Origin: a virus
Lineage: Duplodnaviria > Caudoviricetes
Direction: 5' to 3' (one strand)
Length of the DNA: 59,210 nt
Virus record (IMG/VR): IMGVR_UViG_3300035670_000236
Coordinates: 1-59,210 of that record
A program made the position numbers and the translations under genes. Below are positions 1 to 9,700 of the stretch, in pieces; position 1 is the first letter of the stretch, and every line of letters begins with the position of its first letter. The notes below the pieces were generated by a model, which ran no database searches, had not been told where the DNA came from, and saw only the letters and a program-made list of their open reading frames with translations.

Positions 1-910
1 CAGGAGGAACATTGTCGCGAATCCAAGTCAGCAATTGTTTTTTAACTTCAATTTCTTTTTTTGCTGGTTTGCCTGGCTCTTTGAGTTGTAGATACTCAAA
101 GTCTTTGATGACTGGTCGATTCTTTGCATCACGATATTCTTTACCAGTTTTAGGATCAACAATGTAAATTGTATTCTCTGGATTATTTAGAATGACGTAA
201 ATGCCGCCATCTACTTCAGCAGGAATACCTTTGCTAACCAGACTGTAAACAGTCTGTGCTGCACCTCTATGTGTGGCTAATAGAATATCTTCTGGCACTA
301 CTCGACTGCGAGATTTGTTATTCTTGATTGCAATTTGATAATTTGTCAGAACCCAACTCAAATGAATGTTTCGTGTTTCATATCCTGCTTTGATAAGCAA
401 TGGAATTGTAGTGTTTAAATCATCCATGTCTTTGAATGTCACATCAAAGATGATGTTTGGTAATCTGCCGGCAGTAGCATCACCTAAAAGCAAATCAAGA
501 GTTTTATCTTTAGCGCCTGTTGCTTTAACTACCATGTGAAGAATATACACATGAGTTGGCGTTTTCAAATTTAAATCGCTAAGTTTTAGTTTTTTGTCGA
601 TTACTTCTTTTTGAATTAGCGCACGATCTCTTTCGTTTAATTTGTCTAATATGGTTGCAACGTTGAATTTGCCAAGCGCATCTAACTTTTGAAATGCCAT
701 CTTAAGTTCGTCAACATCGCGAATTTTAAAATTTTCGCCTTGCATAAAGTGCTTGATAGCAAATCCTTTACCTGAGCCTGCGCCGCCAGCAAGAAACACA
801 GCCTGTCCGTATTTCTTACCTTGATTGTAAAGGATTTGTTTTTCAACAAGTTCATGTGCGCGATAATCTTTCATCGCAGCATATTCTGTAAATGATAGTG
901 TTAGTGCCAT
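1..910 (-). CDS. P-loop kinase-like protein (AAA_33/zeta-toxin-like), runs off the window's left edge
   Basis: Not in ORF track. Hand translation from ATG at 910: MALTLSFTEY...AVFLAGGAGSGKGF (Walker A)...NIIFDVT...IAIKNNKSRSRVVPEDIL; no stop before position 1. Confidence 0.7.
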   Translation of the reverse strand, partial: MALTLSFTEYAAMKDYRAHELVEKQILYNQGKKYGQAVFLAGGAGSGKGFAIKHFMQGENFKIRDVDELKMAFQKLDALGKFNVATILDKLNERDRALIQKEVIDKKLKLSDLNLKTPTHVYILHMVVKATGAKDKTLDLLLGDATAGRLPNIIFDVTFKDMDDLNTTIPLLIKAGYETRNIHLSWVLTNYQIAIKNNKSRSRVVPEDILLATHRGAAQTVYSLVSKGIPAEVDGGIYVILNNPENTIYIVDPKTGKEYRDAKNRPVIKDFEYLQLKEPGKPAKKEIEVKKQLLTWIRDNVPP

Positions 911-916
911 GTTTGA

Positions 917-2398
917 TTACCTGGTAAAAAGATTTGCTAAATTTGGATATGTTGTTTTTAGTTTATCTATTAGAAGATTTTCAGACAAGAAATCTTTTCT
1001 ACTTGATCCTCTACTTAGTTCTAAAGTTTTCTGATATTTCTCTTGTGTAATTGCATGAGTTACGCCAGTTACATAATATCTACCTGAATAGATTTCATCA
1101 AGCGGAGGTGAGCCGGATGATGCATTCATCATTCGTTCAAAATAACTGATTACATTAAATTGAACAATATTTCCTACTGATATTGCATTTGTTCCACCCT
1201 GAACAATTACGCCAACCTTAAATAAATTTTTAGTAAGCATACCGAAGATATTATAAGGCAGCCAACCATCTTTGGTTTTATTTCCGAAAGAATTTAATGT
1301 CGTTACTTTTCTGTTTCCTATTTCTGTTGGATTTACATCTTGATCCATAAAGAATCTATTTTTTGTATCCAAAAAGGAAGTGCTGTATAAATCTTTACTT
1401 ACTTCAGTAAAGAAGTCTGGATCAGAATAAGATATTGCAGATGTTTCCGATGTTCTATTTGTTAAATTGAGATAGGTAAATTGGGTTCTATTCAAACCCA
1501 ATAAAGCAGATTCGAGTTGATTAAAGTTTGCTTCTTTTACAAATTTAGTCGCACGAATTGTATTACCGTCTTCCTGATTTGCGTTTGTTTTTGGACCAAA
1601 CACAATAGTTTTAATTCCACTTGTTCCAGCAGAATCAATCAAACTTTCAATCGATCCAAAGTAATGAGAACCTGCAAATGGTCTTCCGTTAATATATTGT
1701 CCCGTAACTGGAACAAATCTTTCGTAGAAAACAAAAAACTTTAATGGTCCTGATGCTCTTTGAGTTAAAAAGTCAATTGCTTTATGAGGATGAAGTCCTG
1801 TGCAAATATAAGCATCGTTTAATGTTACTTGAGGGTCTTCATACATTAAATCGTTTGAAGACATTTCTCCGTATAAACTTTTTACCGCATCAATCAGCGG
1901 CACGTTTTTATAAGATTTAAAAATTGTTTTCTTGATTGAACGAACGAAAGTATTTGAAGTAAACATGAGTTGATATTTTGCATTGCCTGTCATAGCATCA
2001 ACTTCATGCTTATTTACTTTATTGATGATAAAATCTTCTCTCCAAATCAGAATGTCTTCGGATTCAGGCTTATAGATTTTCATTCCTAGAGTTTCACCGC
2101 CGCGAATCTCAAACTTTTCTAATGCGCCCACGCTGTCATTCAATATGATAAATCCGTGAATCTTCATATTGAACATGCTCTCATTTACCACAACAGTTTC
2201 AAAGTAACCGCGCAGATCGATTTTAAGTCCACCATTGTTTAAAATTAGAGTTATTTCTCTAACGTCAACATCAGGACCAAATGTTGGTTCTGGTTGACCA
2301 TACGGATTATCATAAATGGGTACTTCAGGATTTTCTAACGTAAATCCTGTTGGTGTGTTTATACTTCCTGACGGAGGTGCAATTACTAGGCGCGTCAT
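917..2398 (-). CDS. Baseplate hub/tail protein (gp27-like fold)
   Basis: 493 aa; N-terminal VNESMF..IHGFIILNDS and C-terminal YSGRYYVTGVTHAI typical of hub proteins; follows gp53. Confidence 0.6.
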   Translation of the reverse strand: MTRLVIAPPSGSINTPTGFTLENPEVPIYDNPYGQPEPTFGPDVDVREITLILNNGGLKIDLRGYFETVVVNESMFNMKIHGFIILNDSVGALEKFEIRGGETLGMKIYKPESEDILIWREDFIINKVNKHEVDAMTGNAKYQLMFTSNTFVRSIKKTIFKSYKNVPLIDAVKSLYGEMSSNDLMYEDPQVTLNDAYICTGLHPHKAIDFLTQRASGPLKFFVFYERFVPVTGQYINGRPFAGSHYFGSIESLIDSAGTSGIKTIVFGPKTNANQEDGNTIRATKFVKEANFNQLESALLGLNRTQFTYLNLTNRTSETSAISYSDPDFFTEVSKDLYSTSFLDTKNRFFMDQDVNPTEIGNRKVTTLNSFGNKTKDGWLPYNIFGMLTKNLFKVGVIVQGGTNAISVGNIVQFNVISYFERMMNASSGSPPLDEIYSGRYYVTGVTHAITQEKYQKTLELSRGSSRKDFLSENLLIDKLKTTYPNLANLFTR

Positions 2399-2401
2399 AA
2401 C

Positions 2402-2938
2402 TTATACGATGGGTTTTCTGTTTAGATTTCTTAGTGAAGATGCCATTGTTCTTGCGACACCTGGAGTAAACACTCTAATTTTAGATTTGTTTGTGTTAAT
2501 ACGCAATTCATACTGATATTCTGTTTCAATTCTTTTACCCGTATTTGCTGCAAGTGCGCTATAATCAGTAGCATTGATTACGTTTCCGTTTCCATCGTAA
2601 TAATACTTTACTGTAGCCATAGCAGTTTCAAGACTACCAAATTTTTGAATGATATATTGCTTGAATGATTCTGTATCTTTAGGCCATTCGTCATAGATGC
2701 TATGAATGTTATTGGCTAACAACACAACCCAATCTAATGTTGGATCATCATAGACTTTATTTGCAACGTTATCTGGTCTTTCTCCGTCTTGAATCACATA
2801 CGGCTGATAAGAGATGCCGGCAAAATCACGAAGAAAATCTTTTGACTTAAAACCGGTGGTTAAATCAACCGCTTCAACAAAGTCGTAATCATCAACTTTG
2901 AAAATTGTCTTTTGTGCTTTTGAAAAGAATCCAGGCAT
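2402..2938 (-). CDS. gp53: Baseplate wedge subunit gp53-like
   Basis: YVIQDGERPDNVANKVYDDPTLDWVVLLANNI...EWP LysM-like gp53 motif. Confidence 0.85.
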   Translation of the reverse strand: MPGFFSKAQKTIFKVDDYDFVEAVDLTTGFKSKDFLRDFAGISYQPYVIQDGERPDNVANKVYDDPTLDWVVLLANNIHSIYDEWPKDTESFKQYIIQKFGSLETAMATVKYYYDGNGNVINATDYSALAANTGKRIETEYQYELRINTNKSKIRVFTPGVARTMASSLRNLNRKPIV

Positions 2939-2939
2939 T

Positions 2940-4010
2940 TTAGTATATTACCAAATCTTGATAGTAATCTTCCGCTGCTCTCTCTGCTGTTACAAGAACG
3001 CTCTCTTGTAGAGACAAAGTAAGAGTAACTTCAGTTGGATAGTATTTGTTTTGATCGGCTTCAAAGAATGCAAGTTTACTTTGAGAACCGTAGTTAATTG
3101 ATACGTTCTCAATCATGCACAGTTCAGAGTCGAATAAAAGATTTGTTTGACCACCTACAAGAAGATAGATTGAGTATTTAACCATGTCAGGATAGATGAA
3201 CGTCAATGGAGTACCATAATCTTTTTCATCAGTTCCTAAACCAATTAATGCAGCAGTTGCGGAGTCTACTTCCTGCGCCAGAGCAACTTGCTGTGCTTGT
3301 TCGGCAGTTTGATCTTTATTTTGTTCAGTCGATGCAGCACTTGCAATATTTTCTACTTCAGTATTTCCTAATGAAGACAATGCATCGGTATTAATATCTG
3401 TTTTTGGTGATGATGCTACTCTGAAAGATGCAATGATTTGATTCATCGCTTCAGCCTCATCAGGTGATGTTGGTCGCATTGTAAACGAAGGTTGAAATCT
3501 TCTAAACACAGGACCTGCATAAGCAAGTTGTTGAAAGTTATTGACCATTCTACGCATTAAGAATTCTGCTTGGGTTTTACCACCTGCACCCATACCAGCA
3601 GCAAATCCTGTAACGCCAACCATTGCGTTTAAAATTTGTCGTGTTAAACTTTCATATGCACTTTTTCCTACTGCTTCAAGCAGGTTCATGCCAAGACCAA
3701 ACTGATCTAAGAATGATTTTGCTGGATTGTCTACACCAGTCAATCCAGCATAAGATGCACCGAATGCTTGAACGGATTGCCAACCTTGAGATAGGTTAGA
3801 GTCGAATCCTGTTGTAAATCGAACATAAATAACAGGTGCAGATGGTTCTGGTTCGCCCCTATTGTTATAAAATTCAAATCGTGCAACTGGTATCGCATAT
3901 GGTGCGTGTGCAGAATCAATGCTACCATTTTCCCCAACGCCGAAATATAGATTATCCGTTGTTGGATAGTATCCGGCGCTAGGTTTTTCTGTGTATAAGA
4001 CGAATGCCAT
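2940..4010 (-). CDS. gp48: Baseplate tail-tube cap gp48-like
   Basis: FRRFQPSFTMRPTSPDEAEAMNQII..FR, YP, C..ENVSINY, PTEVTLTLSLQE motifs; synteny. Confidence 0.75.
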   Translation of the reverse strand: MAFVLYTEKPSAGYYPTTDNLYFGVGENGSIDSAHAPYAIPVARFEFYNNRGEPEPSAPVIYVRFTTGFDSNLSQGWQSVQAFGASYAGLTGVDNPAKSFLDQFGLGMNLLEAVGKSAYESLTRQILNAMVGVTGFAAGMGAGGKTQAEFLMRRMVNNFQQLAYAGPVFRRFQPSFTMRPTSPDEAEAMNQIIASFRVASSPKTDINTDALSSLGNTEVENIASAASTEQNKDQTAEQAQQVALAQEVDSATAALIGLGTDEKDYGTPLTFIYPDMVKYSIYLLVGGQTNLLFDSELCMIENVSINYGSQSKLAFFEADQNKYYPTEVTLTLSLQESVLVTAERAAEDYYQDLVIY

Positions 4011-4046
4011 TAATGTTCCCTTGTGAAACGAAAGTTTGATCTCATC

Positions 4047-4054
4047 TATTTATG
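4047..4054 (-). promoter_or_regulatory. T4-type late promoter variant (CATAAATA) for gp48/gp53
   Basis: One mismatch to TATAAATA, upstream of gp48, overlapping the gp4 ATG. Confidence 0.5.
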
Positions 4055-4495
4055 TCATACAAAGGTCGATTCAAGCCAAAAAACTATCAAAAATATAAAG
4101 GTGACTCAACAAATGTCATCTATCGCAGTCTACTTGAAAGAAAATTCATGGTATATTGCGATTTGAATCCAAATATTCTTGAATGGTCTTCTGAAGAGGT
4201 TGTTATACCGTATAAGTCTCCCATCGACAATCGATGGCATCGATATTTTGTGGATTTTTATATCAAGTATAAAGACAAAAAGGGCGAAATTAAGTCCGCG
4301 CTAATCGAAATCAAGCCGCATGTTCAAACACAACCCCCAAAACGTAAAGATACACCAACCGGTAGACCTACAAGACGGTTTTTAAATGAAGTCGCAACAT
4401 GGGGTGTCAATCAAGCAAAGTGGAAAGCAGCAACAGAGTTCTGCGAAGACAGATTATGGGAATTTAAGATCATTACAGACAAAGATTTGAGATAA
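4052..4495 (+). CDS. gp4: Head completion nuclease gp4-like
   Basis: YKGRFKPKNYQKYKGD...YRSLLERKFM...WSSEE...HRYFVDF...EIKP...NQAKWKAA. Confidence 0.93.
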   Translation: MSYKGRFKPKNYQKYKGDSTNVIYRSLLERKFMVYCDLNPNILEWSSEEVVIPYKSPIDNRWHRYFVDFYIKYKDKKGEIKSALIEIKPHVQTQPPKRKDTPTGRPTRRFLNEVATWGVNQAKWKAATEFCEDRLWEFKIITDKDLR

Positions 4496-4503
4496 ATAGA
4501 AGC

Positions 4504-5103
4504 ATGACAACAATATTCGATAACATTCTACAACAAGGCGTTCGCCAAGGAATCGTGCCTGCAAGAACAAAGGCTGCGAGGGATTGGTACAGGAATCAAG
4601 CAGGTAGAGTAAGTGGCAATATTACTTCAAGTCGTATTCTAGGACCCGCTGATGCAACAAGAAAAACGTCAGATATGGAATACGGACTCATGTATGCGTT
4701 TCGTTATGATCCTAAAATGAAGAAAGAATTGCCATACTATGATACGTTTCCTCTGATCTTTCCGGTTCGATTTGAACAAGATGGATTCTTAGGTATCAAC
4801 TTCCATTATTTACCTCCAATTCTTCGTGCAAAGTTGATGGATGCATTATATCCAAATGTCACGAATAAAAAGTATGACGCAACAACAAGAATGAAAGTGT
4901 CTTATTCAATTTTACAAAGTGCTTCAAAGTATCGATTCTTTAAGCCAACAATTAAAAAGTATTTGAGAAATCACGTTCGTTCTCAGTTTTTAGAAATACC
5001 TGCAACTGAATGGGATATTGCATTATTTCTACCCACAGAATCATTCAGAAAGTCCGATACAGGACGAATCTGGGAAGACTCACGAAAGAAAATAGGTCGA
5101 TAA
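4504..5103 (+). CDS. gp2: DNA end protector gp2-like
   Basis: YDPKMKKELPYYDTFPLIF, GFLGINFHYLPP, EWDIALFLPTESF. Confidence 0.93.
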   Translation: MTTIFDNILQQGVRQGIVPARTKAARDWYRNQAGRVSGNITSSRILGPADATRKTSDMEYGLMYAFRYDPKMKKELPYYDTFPLIFPVRFEQDGFLGINFHYLPPILRAKLMDALYPNVTNKKYDATTRMKVSYSILQSASKYRFFKPTIKKYLRNHVRSQFLEIPATEWDIALFLPTESFRKSDTGRIWEDSRKKIGR

Positions 5104-5706
5104 ATGTCTAACATCGGAACGCTATCAGAATTTAAATCGTCAATACAGAAGTTGGTCAGACCCAATCTTTTTATTGCAACATTAGATGGTACGGATAATC
5201 TTCCTCTGAATAATTATCAAACAATAAGTCAGATAAAAGATTCATTCTCATTTAGGTGTGAGACTGCTGAATTTCCAGGAAGAAGTTTAGCCACAGTTGA
5301 TGATGTTGGTGCAGGCGGTCCTACTTTAAAGTTGCCCTATGATGTAACCTACAACGATATGAATATTTCAGTCATATGTGCTGAAGATATGATCGAACGT
5401 TCATTTTTTGAATTGTGGCTAGATTACATTGTTTCAACACCTCAAACAAGACGATTAGGTTATGCAGGACTAGTCAGATATCATACTGACTATGCAAGAG
5501 ATGTTACTCTTACTATTCGACAATTAGATCCAAAAGGAAATACAATATTTTATTATACTCTTTGGAATGTATTTCCTGTAGCAATTACCCCTATGAATGC
5601 AACATGGGAAGAAACAAACACTTATCAAAGATTTGGTGTGACTCTTAATTATAGATACTATACATTTGGAAATACTGAATACTATACACAAAATAGCGAT
5701 GGCTGA
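5104..5706 (+). CDS. Tail tube-family protein (gp19/gp54-like)
   Basis: RPNLF, CETAEFPG, FFELWLDYI, LWNVFPVAI, FGVTLNYRYY. Confidence 0.75.
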   Translation: MSNIGTLSEFKSSIQKLVRPNLFIATLDGTDNLPLNNYQTISQIKDSFSFRCETAEFPGRSLATVDDVGAGGPTLKLPYDVTYNDMNISVICAEDMIERSFFELWLDYIVSTPQTRRLGYAGLVRYHTDYARDVTLTIRQLDPKGNTIFYYTLWNVFPVAITPMNATWEETNTYQRFGVTLNYRYYTFGNTEYYTQNSDG

Positions 5707-5734
5707 TTTTGATTTTTAACAATGGAGAAAAACT

Positions 5735-6478
5735 ATGGCACTACCTAAAATTGATGTACCTTTATTTGAGTTGATGTTACCGTCTACGGGTCAACCAGTA
5801 AAATACAGACCCTTTCTAGTTAAAGAACAGAAAATTCTTTTACTTGCACTTGAAGGACAAAACTTTAAAGAAACGGTGACTGCAATGCGTCAGATCGTTT
5901 CAAACTGCGTTTTGAGTGAAGAAGTTGATGTAGAAAAACTTCCAACATTTGATTTGGAATACATCTTCCTTAAACTTCGCGCAAAATCAATTGGTGAAGA
6001 AGTTGAATTAAATCTTCGTCATGCAACAGGATTAAACAGCAAAGAAGAAATTTGTGATGCAGTAACTATACACAAAGTTAATCTGATGGATGTTGAAGTA
6101 ATTAAATCTGTAGAGCATGAAGACAAGTTTATTCTAGATGAAAAGTCCGGACTTGGTATTAAGTTTAAGTATCCAACACCTGACTTAGATATGATGGATA
6201 ATGTTGAAGACAAGTCTCAACTTGAAATTGCCGCTGAGGCAATGATGAGTTCTATTGAATACATCTTTGACAACGAAAACGTATACAAAAAAGAAGATTA
6301 CACTAAGCAAGAATTGAATGATTTTATTGATTCAATGACACAAGATCAATTTGCTAAGTGCGGTAAATTCTTTGATACTATGCCAAAACTGAAGCATACT
6401 GTAAAGTGGAAATGCAAAGGTTGTGGATGTGAAGACGAAATTACATTGGAGGGTTTGACAAGTTTTTTCGTATTCTGA
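5735..6478 (+). CDS. gp26: Baseplate hub assembly protein gp26-like
   Basis: MALPKIDVP.FEL.LPSTG..VKYRPFLVKEQKILL...FDLEYIFLKLRAKSIGE...LEGLTSFF. Confidence 0.92.
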   Translation: MALPKIDVPLFELMLPSTGQPVKYRPFLVKEQKILLLALEGQNFKETVTAMRQIVSNCVLSEEVDVEKLPTFDLEYIFLKLRAKSIGEEVELNLRHATGLNSKEEICDAVTIHKVNLMDVEVIKSVEHEDKFILDEKSGLGIKFKYPTPDLDMMDNVEDKSQLEIAAEAMMSSIEYIFDNENVYKKEDYTKQELNDFIDSMTQDQFAKCGKFFDTMPKLKHTVKWKCKGCGCEDEITLEGLTSFFVF

Positions 6479-6681
6479 TCGGACAGGAGAGTCTAAAGAA
6501 CTTCTATCAGACAAACTTTGCTTTGGTACAACATCATAAATATAGTTTGTCTGACATAGAAAATATGATTCCATTTGAACGTGAAGTCTATCTAATGCTA
6601 CTTTCTCAACATGTGACTGAAGAGAATCAAAGAATACAAGATCAACAACAAATGCAAGCCGCACAAAGTAGGAGAAGATAG
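6469..6681 (+). CDS. gp51: gp51-like hub assembly catalyst, in the -1 frame relative to gp26; probably reached by frameshift
   Basis: Hand translation RILIGQESLKNFYQTNFALVQHHKYSLSDIENMIPFEREVYLMLL...RRR*; no ATG ahead of the conserved part. Confidence 0.8.
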   Translation, partial: RILIGQESLKNFYQTNFALVQHHKYSLSDIENMIPFEREVYLMLLSQHVTEENQRIQDQQQMQAAQSRRR

Positions 6682-6706
6682 AAATGAAACTGAAGGGTAA
6701 TGCGTA

Positions 6707-9700
6707 ATGGCTCAATTAGGAAGTTACGCTCAAGCACTTGGTCAAATGGCTTCCGATGCAGCAGTCGGTGGGCTAAAAGGACTCGCTCAAGGAGCAAAAT
6801 ATGCTGCCATGAGAGAGATGCCTGCGCTCACCGGTGCCATGGCATTTGCTAAAGATGTGCGCGGCAGAGCGGCTAAAATTCAAGACAGTAAAACTGCCGC
6901 AGCAGAAGAACGTCAAGCAAATGCAACAGAAAAACTTGTAGATCAACAAGCACGAAACAATGTAATTAGCCTTGACATGGCTAGACAACTGAGACAGATG
7001 AACCAAAGCATCAGGGCTCAGAGTAGTCTATTAGGGTATCAGGTTCAAGATCAGAAACGTCAGATGCAATTTGCAGAAGAGTCTGAGAGAGAATCTAGAA
7101 ACTATCAAGAACGTCTTCTAAAAGCATTAGAAAAACTAACAACAGGACAAGGCGCAGGCGCAGGTTCTCCTGGCGGAGGTTCTGGTGGTGGTAGCGAAGG
7201 AGGATTCTTTGACTCTATCTTAGATTGGCTTGGTACCGCAGCACTCGGCGCATTAGCAGGAAAAGCATTAGGTGGGCGCGGAGGTAGAGGTGGGCGCGGA
7301 GGAAAACTTGCAGGACTTGCTGGCGCAGCAGGTAGTGCTATTCTTGGTGCGAGAGGACTAAGAGGTTTATTTGGTGCAAGAGGCGCAGCAAGACCACCAT
7401 CAAATGTAATTCCTTTTCCTGGAGGCGGCAGAGGCGGTATGGGTGGTGCTGCAAATGATGCGGCATTCAAACGTCCTGGATTCTGGTCGCGTCTTGGAGG
7501 CAAAGTAGGAAGCAAAATTGGAATTGGCGCGCTAGGAAAACGCGCAATACCTTATCTAGGTTGGGGTCTTCTTGCTTATGACATTTATGATGTTGTAAGT
7601 TACATGATGGAAGATCAGCAGAGCGGAGGTATGGGTGGTGGTCCGGGTGGCGGTCAAGGATTTAATGCTTTTGGTCCTATTGGTGCGCTTTATGCTGCAA
7701 CGTTATACAAAAATAGAAATAGAACAGCACAAAGACCAAGATTAGAACAAAGACCAACTCCTTATGCGTCAGAAGGCTATACTTTAGCACCAAATGCAGG
7801 TCGCGCAAGACCAGGATCAACAACGGCTCCTAGAGGAAGCAGAACTCCTGGAGTAAGACAACAGCCAGGAAGCAGACCGGAGACTCCTGCCACAGGAAAT
7901 AATCCGGGAATGAATATTCCTAACGCTCCACGTAGGAATCAGCCTCTTTCTGTAAGAAATAATAATCCAGGAAATTTAAGATATAGTGCAAATCTAACTA
8001 GACCTGGTGGTGTGTTAGAAGGTGCAACTGAAGGTGAAGGTGGGTTTGCTAGATTTGCTACACCTGAAGCAGGCATGGCTGCAATGCGTAAACAAATTGT
8101 TTTGGATACGCAAAGAAGAGGAATGACACTCAGACAGTTCATTTCAAAGTATGCACCTAAGAGTGAAAATAATACTGATAAGTATATTAGTGATGTAAGT
8201 AGAATGACTGGAATTAAACCGGATGATCGAATTACTCCGGATCAAATTCCAGCACTTCAACGTGCAATGATCAGTATTGAAGGTGATAGTCGTGCAATGG
8301 CATACTATTATCCAACAACACAGCCTGTAGGAGCCGAAAAACCGGCAGGCTCAACAACAGAAGCAGTTTCAGCAGCAAGAGGACCCCAATCATCAACCTC
8401 TTATGCATCAAGAGGTTATGCTCTAGGTTCAAATGCTCGCCCTCCAGGGGCTCCAACAGAAACAGTTTCTCCTCCAACTGGACCCGTTGAATCTTTACCC
8501 ACAATCACAGTTACAGGAAGAAGAATTCCTTCAGTAGAAAGAGGATATAGACCTGGCATGGTAATTCCTTCTACAGGAAATCCTAGGGCTGATGCATATA
8601 GAAGACATAGACTTATTGAGGCTGGTGTCGTACCAGTCGCAGCAACCACACCAAGTGGAACCGCAGTAAGAGGTCCTGAAGAGCCAGTACCAGTTCATGA
8701 CGCAAAAGCAACAGAAACACTTGAAGACATTAAAAAATCTCAAGGTAAAGTAGAAAAAGAAACAAGAGGTCTTGGACAAAATACTCAACAAGCCGCTAGA
8801 CTTTATGCGAGAAGACTTAGAAGTACCCGTAGAGTATTAACGCCTGAGGAAGAAGCAGACGAATATCTGAAGAAAGCCCAACAAGGTTTCTTGAATGCAT
8901 TTGATAGAACACTCACGAAAGCATTCAAAGACTTTGGAAATAATTTCTTAAAATCTGTAGGATATGCGCCTGGCGGAAGACCAGTCACCGCACAAGAAGC
9001 ATCGCGCACTGGCTATGCTGGTATGCAATTGGGTAAAGCACTTGACTTAGATAAAAAAACTGCATCCGCACTCGAAAAAGTAATTGGTAAAGAATATAGT
9101 CGTATGCTTGCACCTGCGGTTTCGCAGTTAGGTAAAGCATATCTGAATAGTCTTGCAATTGGTATTGGTCAAGGACTGTTCTCAGGCACAGTAGGCGCAC
9201 AAGGCGCTAAAGCACTCACTGGTCAAATTATCGGCAACTTTGCTAAAGGTAATAAGCAAATTGCTATGGAACAATTGTTGTTTGGTTTAACAGGCATTGC
9301 GTCTGGACCAGAAACAATTGCACAGTCATATGGATTTAGATCAGCAGCAGAAGGCATCGGCTACATGGCTGAAGTCTTTGCAGCAAAATCTACAAATGCA
9401 ATTCAAGGTCTATTTGGTTGGGAAGATAGAACTCGAGCACAGCAAGTAAGAGACCCAACTACAGGAAGACTGTATACACCAGGAGAAGGATTTACTGGTG
9501 GTGTAGCAATGCCTGACATGGAGAGAGTTGGCTATGGAGGTATGAGATTACCTCAACAGCCAACAACAACTCTTGTAGGTAAACAAGATAACTTACTGTC
9601 AACTGGCGCAAGAACATTAAATGGTGTTCTACTTGTTTCCGTAACAAACGCTGGAGACTTTGCAAGCGAAGAAGATAAGTTAAAGCATACACTTGAACAA

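Noticed and set aside
4052-4495. TnsA transposase or mobile element
   Set aside because: TnsA-like fold belongs to T4 gp4 in conserved synteny; no transposon ends
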